From positions 1,472,001 to 1,536,000 of the forward strand of contig OY729428.2 in the NCBI GenBank assembly GCA_963422375.2: a stretch of DNA of 64,000 nucleotides, written 5' to 3'. The translations under genes and the position numbers were made by a program. Below, one piece after another: positions 1 to 9,653 of the stretch (positions are counted from its first letter, which is position 1; each line of letters starts with the position of its first letter). The notes under the pieces are model-generated. The model had not been told where the DNA came from. It made no database searches and worked only from the letters and a program-made list of their open reading frames with translations. Source of the stretch: Bryobacterales bacterium. Its GTDB lineage: Bacteria > Acidobacteriota > Terriglobia > Bryobacterales > UBA6623.

Positions 1-2
1 CC

Positions 3-1637
3 CTGCGGCGCGCCGACGCGACCGGCATTCTCCAGGCGCAGCTCGGCATCTGGCAGGTGCTGCGTCGCAACGGCGCCATCCCGGACGCGCGGGCCGACTC
101 GTCGATGCTGGCGCTGCTCAACGCGGCGAACAGCAGCGGCGACCAGCAGGCCGTGTTCGAAGCGGGCCGCGACGGCGTGCTGGCGCTGCTCCAGGCCGCC
201 GGGCGCGACCCGGGCGACGCTCCCCAGGATGCCTTGCTGGATCTGCTCGTCGGCCGGGCCGGGCCCGGCGAGGAGCAGGCGCGCCAGGAGATTCTCGCGC
301 GCATCAACCAGCTGCTGACGTTGCAGCGCTTGGTGCCGTTGAAGACGCTGTTCGACTTGGCGGACCACCTCGAGCGCGTCTCCCGCGGCGAGGCGTTTAA
401 CGTCGCGATGGCGAACCGCCTGTCGGAGAGCATCTCGGAAATCCGCCTGCCGCGCTCGCTGCTGTCCGTCGAGGAGTCGAACGCCATGGCCCGCGGACAC
501 TGGGTGGAACGCCACATCCAGAGGCAGCGCACACTGAACCTGCGGCGCGCCGTCGACCGCGCCCAGGGCAATCCGAATCGGCTCCTGTCGATCCGCGGGG
601 AACTGGCCCCGATGCTTAGGGATTCCCTGGTCGGCATTCTCTACGCGCTCTACTCGCCGCCCGGAGCGGAGCTCATCCGCGCCAACCCGCTGTTCGTCCG
701 CAGCCACGACTTCCTGGGGCCGGAAGGTCGCTTCAGCTGGAACCGCACGCGCATGCAGTCCACGGGCTGGCCCAGCAGCGGCGGCGGGCGCCTCGTGGGC
801 TCCCTGATGTCGCTGCCGTACGAGCTCGCTTCCGCCGAGCAGAACTTCCTGATCCCGACGCAGCGGCAGGCCCTGATCTGGCAGGACCTCGCCCCGCAGA
901 TGCTGCTCGGCGCGACGCTGCCGCGCTGGTGGGGCACCCAGCCCGCCGACCTGCACTACGTCGGCATGCACCTGCGGATGGCCGGGTCCGTGCTGGCGCA
1001 GTCCGCGCTCGACCCGGCGGTGCGCGACGCCGCGGTCGCTCCGCTGCTGCGCCGCATGGAGCCCTCGCGGGTGTGGCGGATGCGCGACCTCTTCGCGCGC
1101 GGCCAGGTGCGGGACGGGCTGGACATCGTCACGCCGGCCGAGCTCTTCGACCTCGCCCACCGTCTGCGCGACGCCGGGGGGGGCGCCTTGGACGAGATCG
1201 GCGAGCCCTACATCGCGGCCATCCGCGATCTCGAGAACCGCGACCCGGAGCGCTTCTCCGAGGCCCGCGTAGCCGGCCTCTTCGGAGTCCCTCACCCGCG
1301 CCTCGCGCACTCCTATCGGCTCGAGCTGCTGCACGTGCCCCTGTTCCCGACGCTGATGGGATACTCGAGTCGGATTCTCGCCGAGAGCTGGGAGTCCAAC
1401 AACCTGTTCTGGGCCGCCCTGTCCGACGAGCTCCACATCGAGCCGGTGCGCATGAACCTCCTGGTGCCCGAGTGGACGCAGCGCACGCTCGAGCGGATCT
1501 TCGCCACGCATCTCGACGACTGGCCGGCGCTGTGGCGGTCGCTGCGCATGATCGCCGACCAGGTGCGCGAGCAGCTGGGCCCGGCGGGGCCCGGCGCGGT
1601 CGCGAAATCCGGCGGGCCGGGCGCTTCCGGAGGCTGA
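3..1637 (+). CDS. C-terminal part of a large hypothetical protein (5'-truncated by the window edge), upstream partner of a VWA protein
   Basis: Frame is open from position 3 to the TGA ending at 1637, with strong GC3 codon bias; no recognisable catalytic motif. Confidence 0.8.
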   Translation: MRRADATGILQAQLGIWQVLRRNGAIPDARADSSMLALLNAANSSGDQQAVFEAGRDGVLALLQAAGRDPGDAPQDALLDLLVGRAGPGEEQARQEILARINQLLTLQRLVPLKTLFDLADHLERVSRGEAFNVAMANRLSESISEIRLPRSLLSVEESNAMARGHWVERHIQRQRTLNLRRAVDRAQGNPNRLLSIRGELAPMLRDSLVGILYALYSPPGAELIRANPLFVRSHDFLGPEGRFSWNRTRMQSTGWPSSGGGRLVGSLMSLPYELASAEQNFLIPTQRQALIWQDLAPQMLLGATLPRWWGTQPADLHYVGMHLRMAGSVLAQSALDPAVRDAAVAPLLRRMEPSRVWRMRDLFARGQVRDGLDIVTPAELFDLAHRLRDAGGGALDEIGEPYIAAIRDLENRDPERFSEARVAGLFGVPHPRLAHSYRLELLHVPLFPTLMGYSSRILAESWESNNLFWAALSDELHIEPVRMNLLVPEWTQRTLERIFATHLDDWPALWRSLRMIADQVREQLGPAGPGAVAKSGGPGASGG

Positions 1638-1673
1638 TCGGGGATCCGGCCGGCGCGGGGCGATACTGAGAGC

Positions 1674-2726
1674 ATGGAAGGAGTCGTGCCGGTGCAACGC
1701 AAGGGAGCCGAGCGCATCAGGCCGGGCGCGCGGGCCGCCGCGGCGCTTTGCGCCGTCGCCTTGGCGGCCTACGGGCAGGTGCCCGGAGGCCCCGCCTTGG
1801 CCGACGGTCCGGGCGCGCTGTTCGAGGTCGAGGTCGACCTCGTCATGCTCAACATCGCCGTCACCGACCAGCGCGGGCGCTACATCCGGGATCTCAAGCC
1901 GGACGACTTCCGGATCACCGAGGACGGCATCGAGCAGGCGATCGCTTCGTTCGGCGAGGGCAACGCCGCGCCTCGGAGGGTGGTTCGAACGGGCCTGCGC
2001 CCCGTGGCGGGGTCGCCCGAGCGGGACGCGCAGCTGACGTTGCCGGAGGCCGTCGCAGGCCAGCTGGTCGGGACGAACGTGTTCGTGCTCTTCGACACGA
2101 GCAACTTCATGTACCGGAGCCTGGTCTACGCCGAGGACGCGATCGCGGACTTCATCCGCGGCCTGGACGGGGCCGATTCGGTCGCGGTCTACTCCTTCAG
2201 CCGCAACCTCACCCGTCACGCCTCTCTCTCGCCGGAGCAAGACGACGCCCTGCGCGGGCTGCGCCGCTCGGTGGCCGGCGACGAGACCGCCCTCTACAAC
2301 TGCCTCCTGCTGACACTGCGGGACGCGGCCAAGGTCTCGGGCCGCAAGGTGATCATCGTGTTCTCGAACGGCCCGGACAACGCCAGCGCGGTCTCTCCGG
2401 ACGACGTCGGTGCCATCGCCGAGGACGAGGGGGTCCCGATCTACGTCATTAGCACGCGGGAGCTCAATCGCGACCCGATCTCGAGCAACGCCTTCCGGCG
2501 AATCACGGAGCGCACCGGGGGCAAGGCGTACTTCGCCAAGACCTGGCAGCGCCAGTCCGAGGCGTTTGTCGAGATCCGCGAGGAGCTCGCGAGCTCGTAC
2601 ACGGTGACCTACTACCCCCAGCCCAACCCCAACCGCGGCTGGCGCAGCATCAACGTCGAGCTGAACGCGCCCCAGCAGCGCCGCCTCGTGGTGCGGACTC
2701 GGGCCGGGTACCGGCCGAAGCTCTAG
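1674..2726 (+). CDS. VWA domain protein (acidobacterial VWFA-related type), exported; MIDAS degenerate
   Basis: Signal-peptide-like N-terminus; VEVDLVMLNIAVTDQRGRYIRDLKPDDFRITEDG; TGGKAYF; SYTVTYYP; RTRAGY end. Confidence 0.9.
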   Translation: MEGVVPVQRKGAERIRPGARAAAALCAVALAAYGQVPGGPALADGPGALFEVEVDLVMLNIAVTDQRGRYIRDLKPDDFRITEDGIEQAIASFGEGNAAPRRVVRTGLRPVAGSPERDAQLTLPEAVAGQLVGTNVFVLFDTSNFMYRSLVYAEDAIADFIRGLDGADSVAVYSFSRNLTRHASLSPEQDDALRGLRRSVAGDETALYNCLLLTLRDAAKVSGRKVIIVFSNGPDNASAVSPDDVGAIAEDEGVPIYVISTRELNRDPISSNAFRRITERTGGKAYFAKTWQRQSEAFVEIREELASSYTVTYYPQPNPNRGWRSINVELNAPQQRRLVVRTRAGYRPKL

Positions 2727-2767
2727 GCGCGCCCGCTCCGGCGCGGGCGCCGGCAGGAGTCGGAAGC

Positions 2768-4069
2768 ATGTCCCTGCAGGTCATCCGGGCTCTCCGCCGG
2801 CACGGCCATCGCGCCTACTGGGTGGGCGGGTGCGTGCGCGACGGACTGCTCGGCCGGGGCGCGGTCAGGGAACGGGACGTAGCGACCAGCGCGCGCCCCG
2901 AGCAGGTCTTGGCGATCTTCCCTCGCGCGCGCCGCCTCGGAGCGAGGTTCGGCGTGGTGGCAGTGCGGGACGCCGAGGGACTGACGGAGGTCGCGACCTT
3001 CCGGCGCGAGGCCGGCTACAGCGACGGTCGGCGGCCGGATAGCGTCACCTTCACCGACGATCCGGCCGTCGATGTCCGGCGAAGGGACTTCACGGTCAAC
3101 GCGATCCTGCAAGATCCTATCGGCGGCACCCGCCTCGACTTCGTCGGGGGCGAGGAGGACCTCCGCCGGAGGCTCATCCGGGCGGTCGGCGACCCGCTCG
3201 CGCGGTTTCGCGAGGACCGCCTGCGGATGCTGCGGGCCGTGCGCTTCGCCGCGAGCCTGGGCTTCGCGGTCGAGCCCGGCACCCTGGAAGCGATCCGCAG
3301 GAGCGCGCCCGGCATCGACGCGGTCGCGCCGGAGCGAGTGCGCGACGAGCTGAGCCGGATACTTACGGAGGGCGGCGCGAGCCGGGGGTTGGAGCTCCTG
3401 CACGAGACGGGCCTGCTGCAGCGCTTGCTGCCCGAGGTGTCCGCCATGCGGGGCGTCCGGCAGCCGCCTGAGTTCCACCCCGAAGGCGACGTGTGGGTTC
3501 ACACCATGCTCGTGCTCGACTGCCTGCGGGAGCCGTCTGCGCCGCTCGCTTGGGGCGCCCTGCTGCACGACGTCGGCAAGCCGGAGACGTTCCGCGTGAT
3601 GGACCGCATCCGCTTTCACGGGCACGTCGAGCGGGGCGCGGACATTGCCCGCGGCATTTGCGCCCGCCTGCGCTTCTCCAACGCTGACGCCGACCGCGTG
3701 GTCGCGCTCGTCCGCGACCACATGAAGTTCATGGCTCTGCGGCAGATGCGACCGGGCCGGCTGCGGCGCTTTCTGAGCCAACCGCACGTCGAGGAGCACG
3801 TCGAGCTGCACCGTGCCGACTGCCTGGGAAGCCACAGCAAGCTGGACAACTACGCGTTCGCCAAGGAGAAGGTCGAGCAGTTCGCGAACGAGGCTCCGGT
3901 GGAGAGGCTGCTGACGGGCCGCGACCTAGTGGCGGCCGGGTACGAGCCGGGACCCCTGTTCGGGACGATTCTCACCACGGTGGAAGAGCGCCACATGGAC
4001 GGCCAGCTGGCCGGCCGCGACGAGGCGCTCGCGTTCGTCAGCGAGCGCTTCCCGATCGCGACCTCATGA
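2768..4069 (+). CDS. cca: CCA tRNA nucleotidyltransferase (class II) with HD domain
   Basis: VGGCVRD, EVATFR, RRDFTVNA, EDRLRMLRAVRF, HPEGDVWVHT and LLHDVGK motifs. Confidence 0.9.
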   Translation: MSLQVIRALRRHGHRAYWVGGCVRDGLLGRGAVRERDVATSARPEQVLAIFPRARRLGARFGVVAVRDAEGLTEVATFRREAGYSDGRRPDSVTFTDDPAVDVRRRDFTVNAILQDPIGGTRLDFVGGEEDLRRRLIRAVGDPLARFREDRLRMLRAVRFAASLGFAVEPGTLEAIRRSAPGIDAVAPERVRDELSRILTEGGASRGLELLHETGLLQRLLPEVSAMRGVRQPPEFHPEGDVWVHTMLVLDCLREPSAPLAWGALLHDVGKPETFRVMDRIRFHGHVERGADIARGICARLRFSNADADRVVALVRDHMKFMALRQMRPGRLRRFLSQPHVEEHVELHRADCLGSHSKLDNYAFAKEKVEQFANEAPVERLLTGRDLVAAGYEPGPLFGTILTTVEERHMDGQLAGRDEALAFVSERFPIATS

Positions 4070-4441
4070 CTTGCGACGGCTGGCGAGGCACTCGTCGACC
4101 GACCAAGTGCCGGAGCCGTTGGCCCAGAAGAAGAGAAACACGAAGCAGTAGAGCACGGCGAGCTCCCCTCGGTTGAGAAGGGGCAGGAAGCCGCCCTGGG
4201 CATGCCCGATGAAGTACGCTGCCGCCATCAGGCCGGAGCAGAGGAACGCCACCCAGCGCGTCTGGAAGCCCACGAGGACGAGCAAGCCTCCCGCCAGCTC
4301 GATCGTTCCGGCGATCAGCGCCAGAGGGTCTTCCCGGGGGCCCTTGTCCCCCAGTCCGAACAGCTTTTGAATTCCGTGCGGGACGAATAGGAAGCCCGTG
4401 ATGATGCGCAGGACTGCGTGGGTTGCTTTAGGCCAGTTCAC
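4064..4441 (-). CDS. DoxX family membrane protein
   Basis: LRIITGFLFVPHGIQKLFG, IELAGGLL, GELAVLYCFVFL and GSGTWSVD motifs. Confidence 0.9.
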   Translation of the reverse strand: MNWPKATHAVLRIITGFLFVPHGIQKLFGLGDKGPREDPLALIAGTIELAGGLLVLVGFQTRWVAFLCSGLMAAAYFIGHAQGGFLPLLNRGELAVLYCFVFLFFWANGSGTWSVDECLASRRKS

Positions 4442-4458
4442 GCTTGATTTCCCTCCGA

Positions 4459-5325
4459 CTATGCGGCCGCTGCACCGTTGAGACCTAGCAGTCGGTCCAT
4501 CCGCTGCCCGAGATCGACGATGTAGTCCCGGTCGCCGCCTTGCCGCTCGACGGTCATCTCGGCAGTATAGCCGATCGCGTCGAACGCCTCCCTCACGGCG
4601 GGCCAGTCCACGTCGCCCTCGCCGAGGTTCACGAACCCGCCGTTGCGCGTGTAGTCCTTGATGTGGACCTTGACGATGCGACTGCCGAGCTCGCGAATCC
4701 AGTGCTCCGGCACAGCGTAGTGAACCACGTTTCCCACGTCGAAGTACGCCTGGACCAAGGGGTGGTTGAGCTCGTCGACGAACTGCCGGAAGTCGCGCGC
4801 GGTTAGGAGGAACTTATTCCAGACTTCTTCCACGGCGATCATCACGTCGTGCCGCTCGGCGGCGGGAATCAGCTTGCGGATCTCGCGCTGGGACCGCTCC
4901 CAGGCCTGCTCGTAGGTGGTGTCGGAGCGCACGACCGCCGGCACGAGTAGCACGGCGTTGGCACCGTAGAGCTCGGCCTGGCGCAGGGAGGCGTGAATGC
5001 CGTCCACGCAGGCGGCGACCTCCGTTGCGTCCGGGCTCGACAGCGGGTGCCGCCAGTGGGATTGGTTCATCACGGAGTGAATCCGCAGTCCGGCCTTCTG
5101 AGCCGCGTCGTTGATGCGCCGCGCCTCGGCGTCGTCGGCGACGGCGCGCACCTCCATCGCGGTGAAGCCGGCCTCGAGCGCAAGCCTGTATCGGTCGACC
5201 AAGGGCAGGTCCTTTGGCAGCATGCTGTCGATGATCGCCCGCTCGCTCTTGCGTCCCTGGGCCGCCAAGGGGGTCGCACCGGCCAGCGCAGCGGCCGTGG
5301 CCGCCAGCCATTCTCGACGATTCAT
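4459..5325 (-). CDS. Sugar phosphate isomerase/epimerase (xylose isomerase-like TIM barrel), Tat-exported
   Basis: Start placed at MNRREWL (twin-Arg signal); IAVEEVWNKFL, YFDVGN, HIKD and GEGDVDW motifs. Confidence 0.88.
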   Translation of the reverse strand: MNRREWLAATAAALAGATPLAAQGRKSERAIIDSMLPKDLPLVDRYRLALEAGFTAMEVRAVADDAEARRINDAAQKAGLRIHSVMNQSHWRHPLSSPDATEVAACVDGIHASLRQAELYGANAVLLVPAVVRSDTTYEQAWERSQREIRKLIPAAERHDVMIAVEEVWNKFLLTARDFRQFVDELNHPLVQAYFDVGNVVHYAVPEHWIRELGSRIVKVHIKDYTRNGGFVNLGEGDVDWPAVREAFDAIGYTAEMTVERQGGDRDYIVDLGQRMDRLLGLNGAAAA

Positions 5326-5470
5326 GCCTGTAAGCTTCGGGCATGCAGGCGGTATTGTCAAGCGACTCCGCGCGCTGCTGGCTCCGCTGCCGCGCCGCGC
5401 GGAGTTCTGGTACGCTCTTTCCGGGGCTCCGCTCGTGCCTCGCGCGAGCTGCCAGCGAGGAGGTGTCTCG

Positions 5471-7018
5471 ATGACCACGCGGCTTCTTCCCACGGTCGGG
5501 GTACTGGCGACGCTCGCCGCAGTGCCGTCGGCAGGGGCGCTTGACTGCGAGGACCTGGCCGGCCTGCGCCTGCCGGACATACGGATCGACGAGGTCACGA
5601 TCTCATCCGGAGAGAGTCCCGGGGGCGAGGGCGTGCCGGACCGCGCGTCCCGGGCCATCGTGCCGCACTGCAAGGTGAACGGAGTGGTGGGCAGCGAGAT
5701 ACGGTTCGAGGTCCTGCTCCCGGACGATTGGAACGGCAAGTTCCTGATGGCGGGCGGAGGCGGATTCGCCGGCAGCCTCGGCAGGCAGGGCGGATTCTCG
5801 GTCAACCGGGGCTACGCCGTGGCAGCCACGGACACCGGCCATCAGGGTGCCGGGATCCGGGCGGACTGGGCGTACGGCCAGCCCGAGCGCCTAGTGAACT
5901 ACGGCTATCTCGGCGTGCATCGGACCACGGAGACGGCCAAGGCCATCGTGAGGGAGTACTACGGGCGCGAGGCCGAGAATTCCTACTTCTACGGCTGCTC
6001 CAACGGCGGGCGGCAGGCCCTGATGTCGGCGCAGCGCTTCCCCGAGGACTTCGACGGAATCGTCGCCGGCGCGCCGGCGCACGATTTCAGCGGCGTGCTG
6101 GCCGCGTTCGCCTACAACATGCAGCGCATCTTCCCGGATCCCGAGAATCTCGCGGAGCCCGTTGTCACGCCTCAGAACCGGAAGCTTCTCGAGACCGAGA
6201 TCCTGCGCCGTTGCGACACGCTCGACGGGCTCGAGGACGGTTTTCTCACCGATCCGCGCGAGTGCGGCTTCAAGCTGTCGGACCTTCCCCTGTGCGCGGA
6301 CGGCGAGTCGGCCGACCACTGCCTCACGATGCGGCAGCGCGAGGCTATCGCCGCGGTCTACGGCGGCCCGCGGAACTTCGAGGGGCAGATCTTCCCCGGG
6401 TTTCCGTTCGGGGGCGAAGCGGCTAGGGGAGGCTGGCAGAGCTGGATCACCGGTCCCAGCCCATCGCTCGTCCGAAGCTACGGCGAGCCGAGCTCGCAAT
6501 TCGGCTTCGCCACGCAGGGTTTCAAGTACTTGGTCTTCCAAGATCCCGATTTCGACTACTCCACGTACGATTTCGACGACTACGGCCGCGACTCGGCGCA
6601 CCTCGCCGGCTTCCTCGACGCAACGAGCACGGACCTGTCGGGCTTGAAGGAAGCCGGCGGCAAGCTGCTGCTCTGGCACGGCTGGTCCGATCCCGCCCTG
6701 ACGGCCTTCGGCTCGATCAACTACTTCGAGGAAGCCGAACGGCGCGATCCCGGCGTGCGCGACTACTTCCGGTTCTTCTTGCTGCCCGGCGTCCTGCATT
6801 GCGGGGGCGGCCCCGGTCCGTCCCGTGTCGAGTGGCTGGAGGCGCTGGAACGCTGGGTCGAGGACGGCGAGGCGCCCGAGGAACTGAGCGCCGCGAAGGT
6901 CGAGGACGGCGGGCCGACCAAGACGAGGCCGCTCTGCGTCTATCCGGAGCGTGCGGAGTATACGGGCGGCGATCCGAACGAGAGGTCGAGCTACGAGTGC
7001 CGCGAGCCGTCGGACTAG
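5471..7018 (+). CDS. Tannase/feruloyl esterase family alpha/beta hydrolase, secreted
   Basis: SD GAGGAGG before ATG 5471; WNGKF, TDTGH, GCSNGGRQ (nucleophile Ser), WHGWSD and PGVLHCGGG (CS-D-HC family motif). Confidence 0.92.
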   Translation: MTTRLLPTVGVLATLAAVPSAGALDCEDLAGLRLPDIRIDEVTISSGESPGGEGVPDRASRAIVPHCKVNGVVGSEIRFEVLLPDDWNGKFLMAGGGGFAGSLGRQGGFSVNRGYAVAATDTGHQGAGIRADWAYGQPERLVNYGYLGVHRTTETAKAIVREYYGREAENSYFYGCSNGGRQALMSAQRFPEDFDGIVAGAPAHDFSGVLAAFAYNMQRIFPDPENLAEPVVTPQNRKLLETEILRRCDTLDGLEDGFLTDPRECGFKLSDLPLCADGESADHCLTMRQREAIAAVYGGPRNFEGQIFPGFPFGGEAARGGWQSWITGPSPSLVRSYGEPSSQFGFATQGFKYLVFQDPDFDYSTYDFDDYGRDSAHLAGFLDATSTDLSGLKEAGGKLLLWHGWSDPALTAFGSINYFEEAERRDPGVRDYFRFFLLPGVLHCGGGPGPSRVEWLEALERWVEDGEAPEELSAAKVEDGGPTKTRPLCVYPERAEYTGGDPNERSSYECREPSD

Positions 7019-7321
7019 CGGGCGCGCCGCCGGGAGCCCTGGCGACCAGCGGCAGACGCGGCCGAGCGCTCGGGCTCCGTGTCCGCGTGTCTTGAAGGAA
7101 GGCCTCGCCAAGAGGCGATCCCCGAGTGCAGCTGCATGGGGCCGTCAAGGGGACGGCAGCGGCCGCGATGCCTCGCCCGGACCGCGTCGGTGCCGCGACA
7201 AGGCCAGCGACCGCCGCCGAGTCGGTCGAGTCCGCTGCCGCCTTGCGTCGGCAGGGTAGGCCATGCGCAAGTCGATCCGCCGGTCCCGGCGGCCCGAGTC
7301 CCTGCTACCCTGTCGAAGCTG

Positions 7322-8368
7322 ATGCCGACCTTCGCGCACGACCGACTTCGCGGCTTCGGGGGCCTTGTCTTCGCGGCTGCGGGCGTTCCGGCGAGCGAAG
7401 CCCGCATCGTTGCCGACGCGCTGGTCGACGCCAACCTGGCGGGGCACGACTCGCACGGCGTCATGCGCCTGCCGTACTACGTCCGCTGGATCGAGTCCGG
7501 GGACTTCGTGCCGGGCGCGCAGCTCACGGTCGTAGACGAGGCGGCCGCGTTCGCCGTGGTCGACGGCGGCTGGGGGTTCGGGCAGGTCCAGGGAAGGCGC
7601 GCCATGGAGATCGCGATTTCCAAGGCCAGGGACGCGGGCGCCGCCACCGTAGCGGGGCGCAACTGCACCCATCTCGGGCGGCTCGGGGACTATCCGCGCA
7701 TGGCTGCCGACCGGGGGCTGGCGGCAACCATGTACATCAACACCCACGGCGCGGGCCGCTTGGTCGCGCCCTTCGGCGGCATTGATCGCCGGCTGTCCGC
7801 CAACCCCATCGCGATCGCGCTGCCGCGTCCCGATGCCCCTCCGATCGTCTTGGACATCTCCACCTGCAAGATCGCCGAGGGCAAGATCCGCAACATGCAG
7901 ATCGAAGGCAAGCCGGTGCCGAAGGGGTGCATCATCGATTCCGAAGGGCGTCCCGCGACCGCGGCGTCCGACTTCTACGGGCCCCCGCGGGGAGCGTTGC
8001 TCCCGATGGCGGGGCATAAGGGTTTCGGACTGGGCCTCGCAAGCGACATCTTGGCCGGGGCGATTTCCGGAGCCGGCTGCAGCCGCGCCGACGCCTCGCG
8101 TATCGGCAACGGCTTTCTCATGCATGTCCTCGACGTGGAGCGGCTGCGGGGCTGTGCCGAGTTCTTCGCCGACGTGGAAGCGCTAGTCAGCTACGTCAAG
8201 AGCAGTCGGCTGGCGCCTGGATTCGATGAGATCCTAGTCCCCGGCGAACCCGAAGAGCGAACCGCCTCCGAGCGCCGACGACATGGAATTCCCCTTCCCG
8301 ACGGCACGCTGGAAACCTTGAACGAGACTGCAACGAGAGTCGGAGTTCCCGCCCTTCGGGCGATATAG
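7322..8368 (+). CDS. Ldh_2 family oxidoreductase (malate/L-lactate/ureidoglycolate dehydrogenase-like)
   Basis: GHDSHG, HLGRLG, ANPIAIA, GHKGFGL and LVPGEPE motifs. Confidence 0.92.
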   Translation: MPTFAHDRLRGFGGLVFAAAGVPASEARIVADALVDANLAGHDSHGVMRLPYYVRWIESGDFVPGAQLTVVDEAAAFAVVDGGWGFGQVQGRRAMEIAISKARDAGAATVAGRNCTHLGRLGDYPRMAADRGLAATMYINTHGAGRLVAPFGGIDRRLSANPIAIALPRPDAPPIVLDISTCKIAEGKIRNMQIEGKPVPKGCIIDSEGRPATAASDFYGPPRGALLPMAGHKGFGLGLASDILAGAISGAGCSRADASRIGNGFLMHVLDVERLRGCAEFFADVEALVSYVKSSRLAPGFDEILVPGEPEERTASERRRHGIPLPDGTLETLNETATRVGVPALRAI

Positions 8369-9354
8369 GGAGTGCCCTGTCCGGCCGGGCGCGCTCGACG
8401 GCCCTCGTGACGAGACGTCTACCTGCGATACCACAAGGGAGACGATCACGGGGCAGGTGCAAGATGCGGCGACGCCGGCAATAGAGCGGGCGGGACCGAG
8501 GGGCGCGGGCAGCGCGTTGCGGTCGGCCAGAGCGGACCGGGAATCATTGGTGCCGTCGTTCACAGCTTCCGGCAGGTGCTCCGGCTCATCATTCGCGGAA
8601 TGCTGCTGCCCCTCTCGCACGAATGCCTCTACTCCAGCGACGCCGGCCCGGGCCTTGCGGACGGGGCCTGCGCTCTGGTGACAAGGCGCGAGCCGGCGGC
8701 GCGAGGCCCTTGATGCGCGGCAAGATCTTGGCAGGCCCGTTCCGTCGCTGTGAGGCGTACCCCTCGACGCGGTCACGGAAGCAGGCGAGCTTCTTCCCGC
8801 CGTCACCCCGAGGGTGCATCCGGATGCTTTGGTGCGACGGCCAAGATCGGGACAGCCCCGATTGACGGCCCGGCTTCCCGGCTCGGAAACCCTTGCCGTC
8901 GGCATCGCCGCGGTAGGCAGACCCTCTCTCCCGTCGCTCGCAGCCCAACATTGCGTGACCCCAGGACGAGTCACCGCCCACCGCGATGGCTCGGATGCGC
9001 CGCCACGGCCGCCGTGCGACCACGCCACCTCAGGACCAAGTCATGTGCGCAAAGGCGAGGCATTCACTTGAATTCAACTCGGAATTCCCAGACATTCCCG
9101 AACCGGAAGTAAGGGCCTTCGGCAGATCCAGAACTCGCCCCGCTCTCTCGACAACGGAAAGTCCGGGACTGCGTACCGTCTCACTTCCCGTGCAGGTTCG
9201 TTGCGGACCCGCCCCAAGGCGTCGACCAGATTCGGACTGGGCTACCCAAGGACGGGGTCGTGGCTCGTGCCCACGACCAAGTCGAATTCTCTTGGACGTT
9301 GGAACGGGGCGATAAGCTCAGCCCTGTTCGCCTCTCAGTCCATCGCGTCGACCG

Positions 9355-9398
9355 GCCGCCCAGCGTCTAGCTGATTGACCGGCTAGACGCTGGGCGGC
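9355..9398. repeat. Perfect 17-bp inverted repeat with a 10-nt loop
   Basis: gccgcccagcgtctagc (9355-9371) / gctagacgctgggcggc (9382-9398). Confidence 0.9.
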
Positions 9399-9618
9399 AA
9401 TCCCCGCGCTCGGGTCGGGGCCTTGTATGGCTCGGTCGGCATTCGATTCGCAAACTACGCCAAGGGAGGCATATCCTGATCCGCTCGGACGCTTGTTAGG
9501 ACCACCTCTCCTGCTGTCCCCGCAGACTTGGGAAATCTGCTCGAGTCGAAGCGACAGGCATCGCGCCAACCCCGTCCGAATCGGAGTGGCCGTACGCCAA
9601 CGACTAGTGCGAAGCAGA

Positions 9619-9647
9619 ACGGTCGGGGTCTTGGCAACCCCGACCGT
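9619..9647 (-). terminator. Probable intrinsic terminator hairpin of the TonB receptor gene
   Basis: 11-bp stem acggtcggggt/accccgaccgt, 6 nt past the stop at 9654; the U-tail is weak. Confidence 0.55.
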
Positions 9648-9653
9648 CGGTCG

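Noticed and set aside
2723..3835. Long antisense and alternative-frame ORFs (this one, 53726-55219, 56036-57505 and many others)
   Set aside because: Shadow ORFs expected from high GC3 codon usage; they overlap well-supported genes and carry no motifs.
9155..9175. ggaaagtccggg resembling the RNase P RNA P4 5' strand
   Set aside because: It lacks the GAGGAAAGUCC context, and no matching 3' P4 strand was found downstream.
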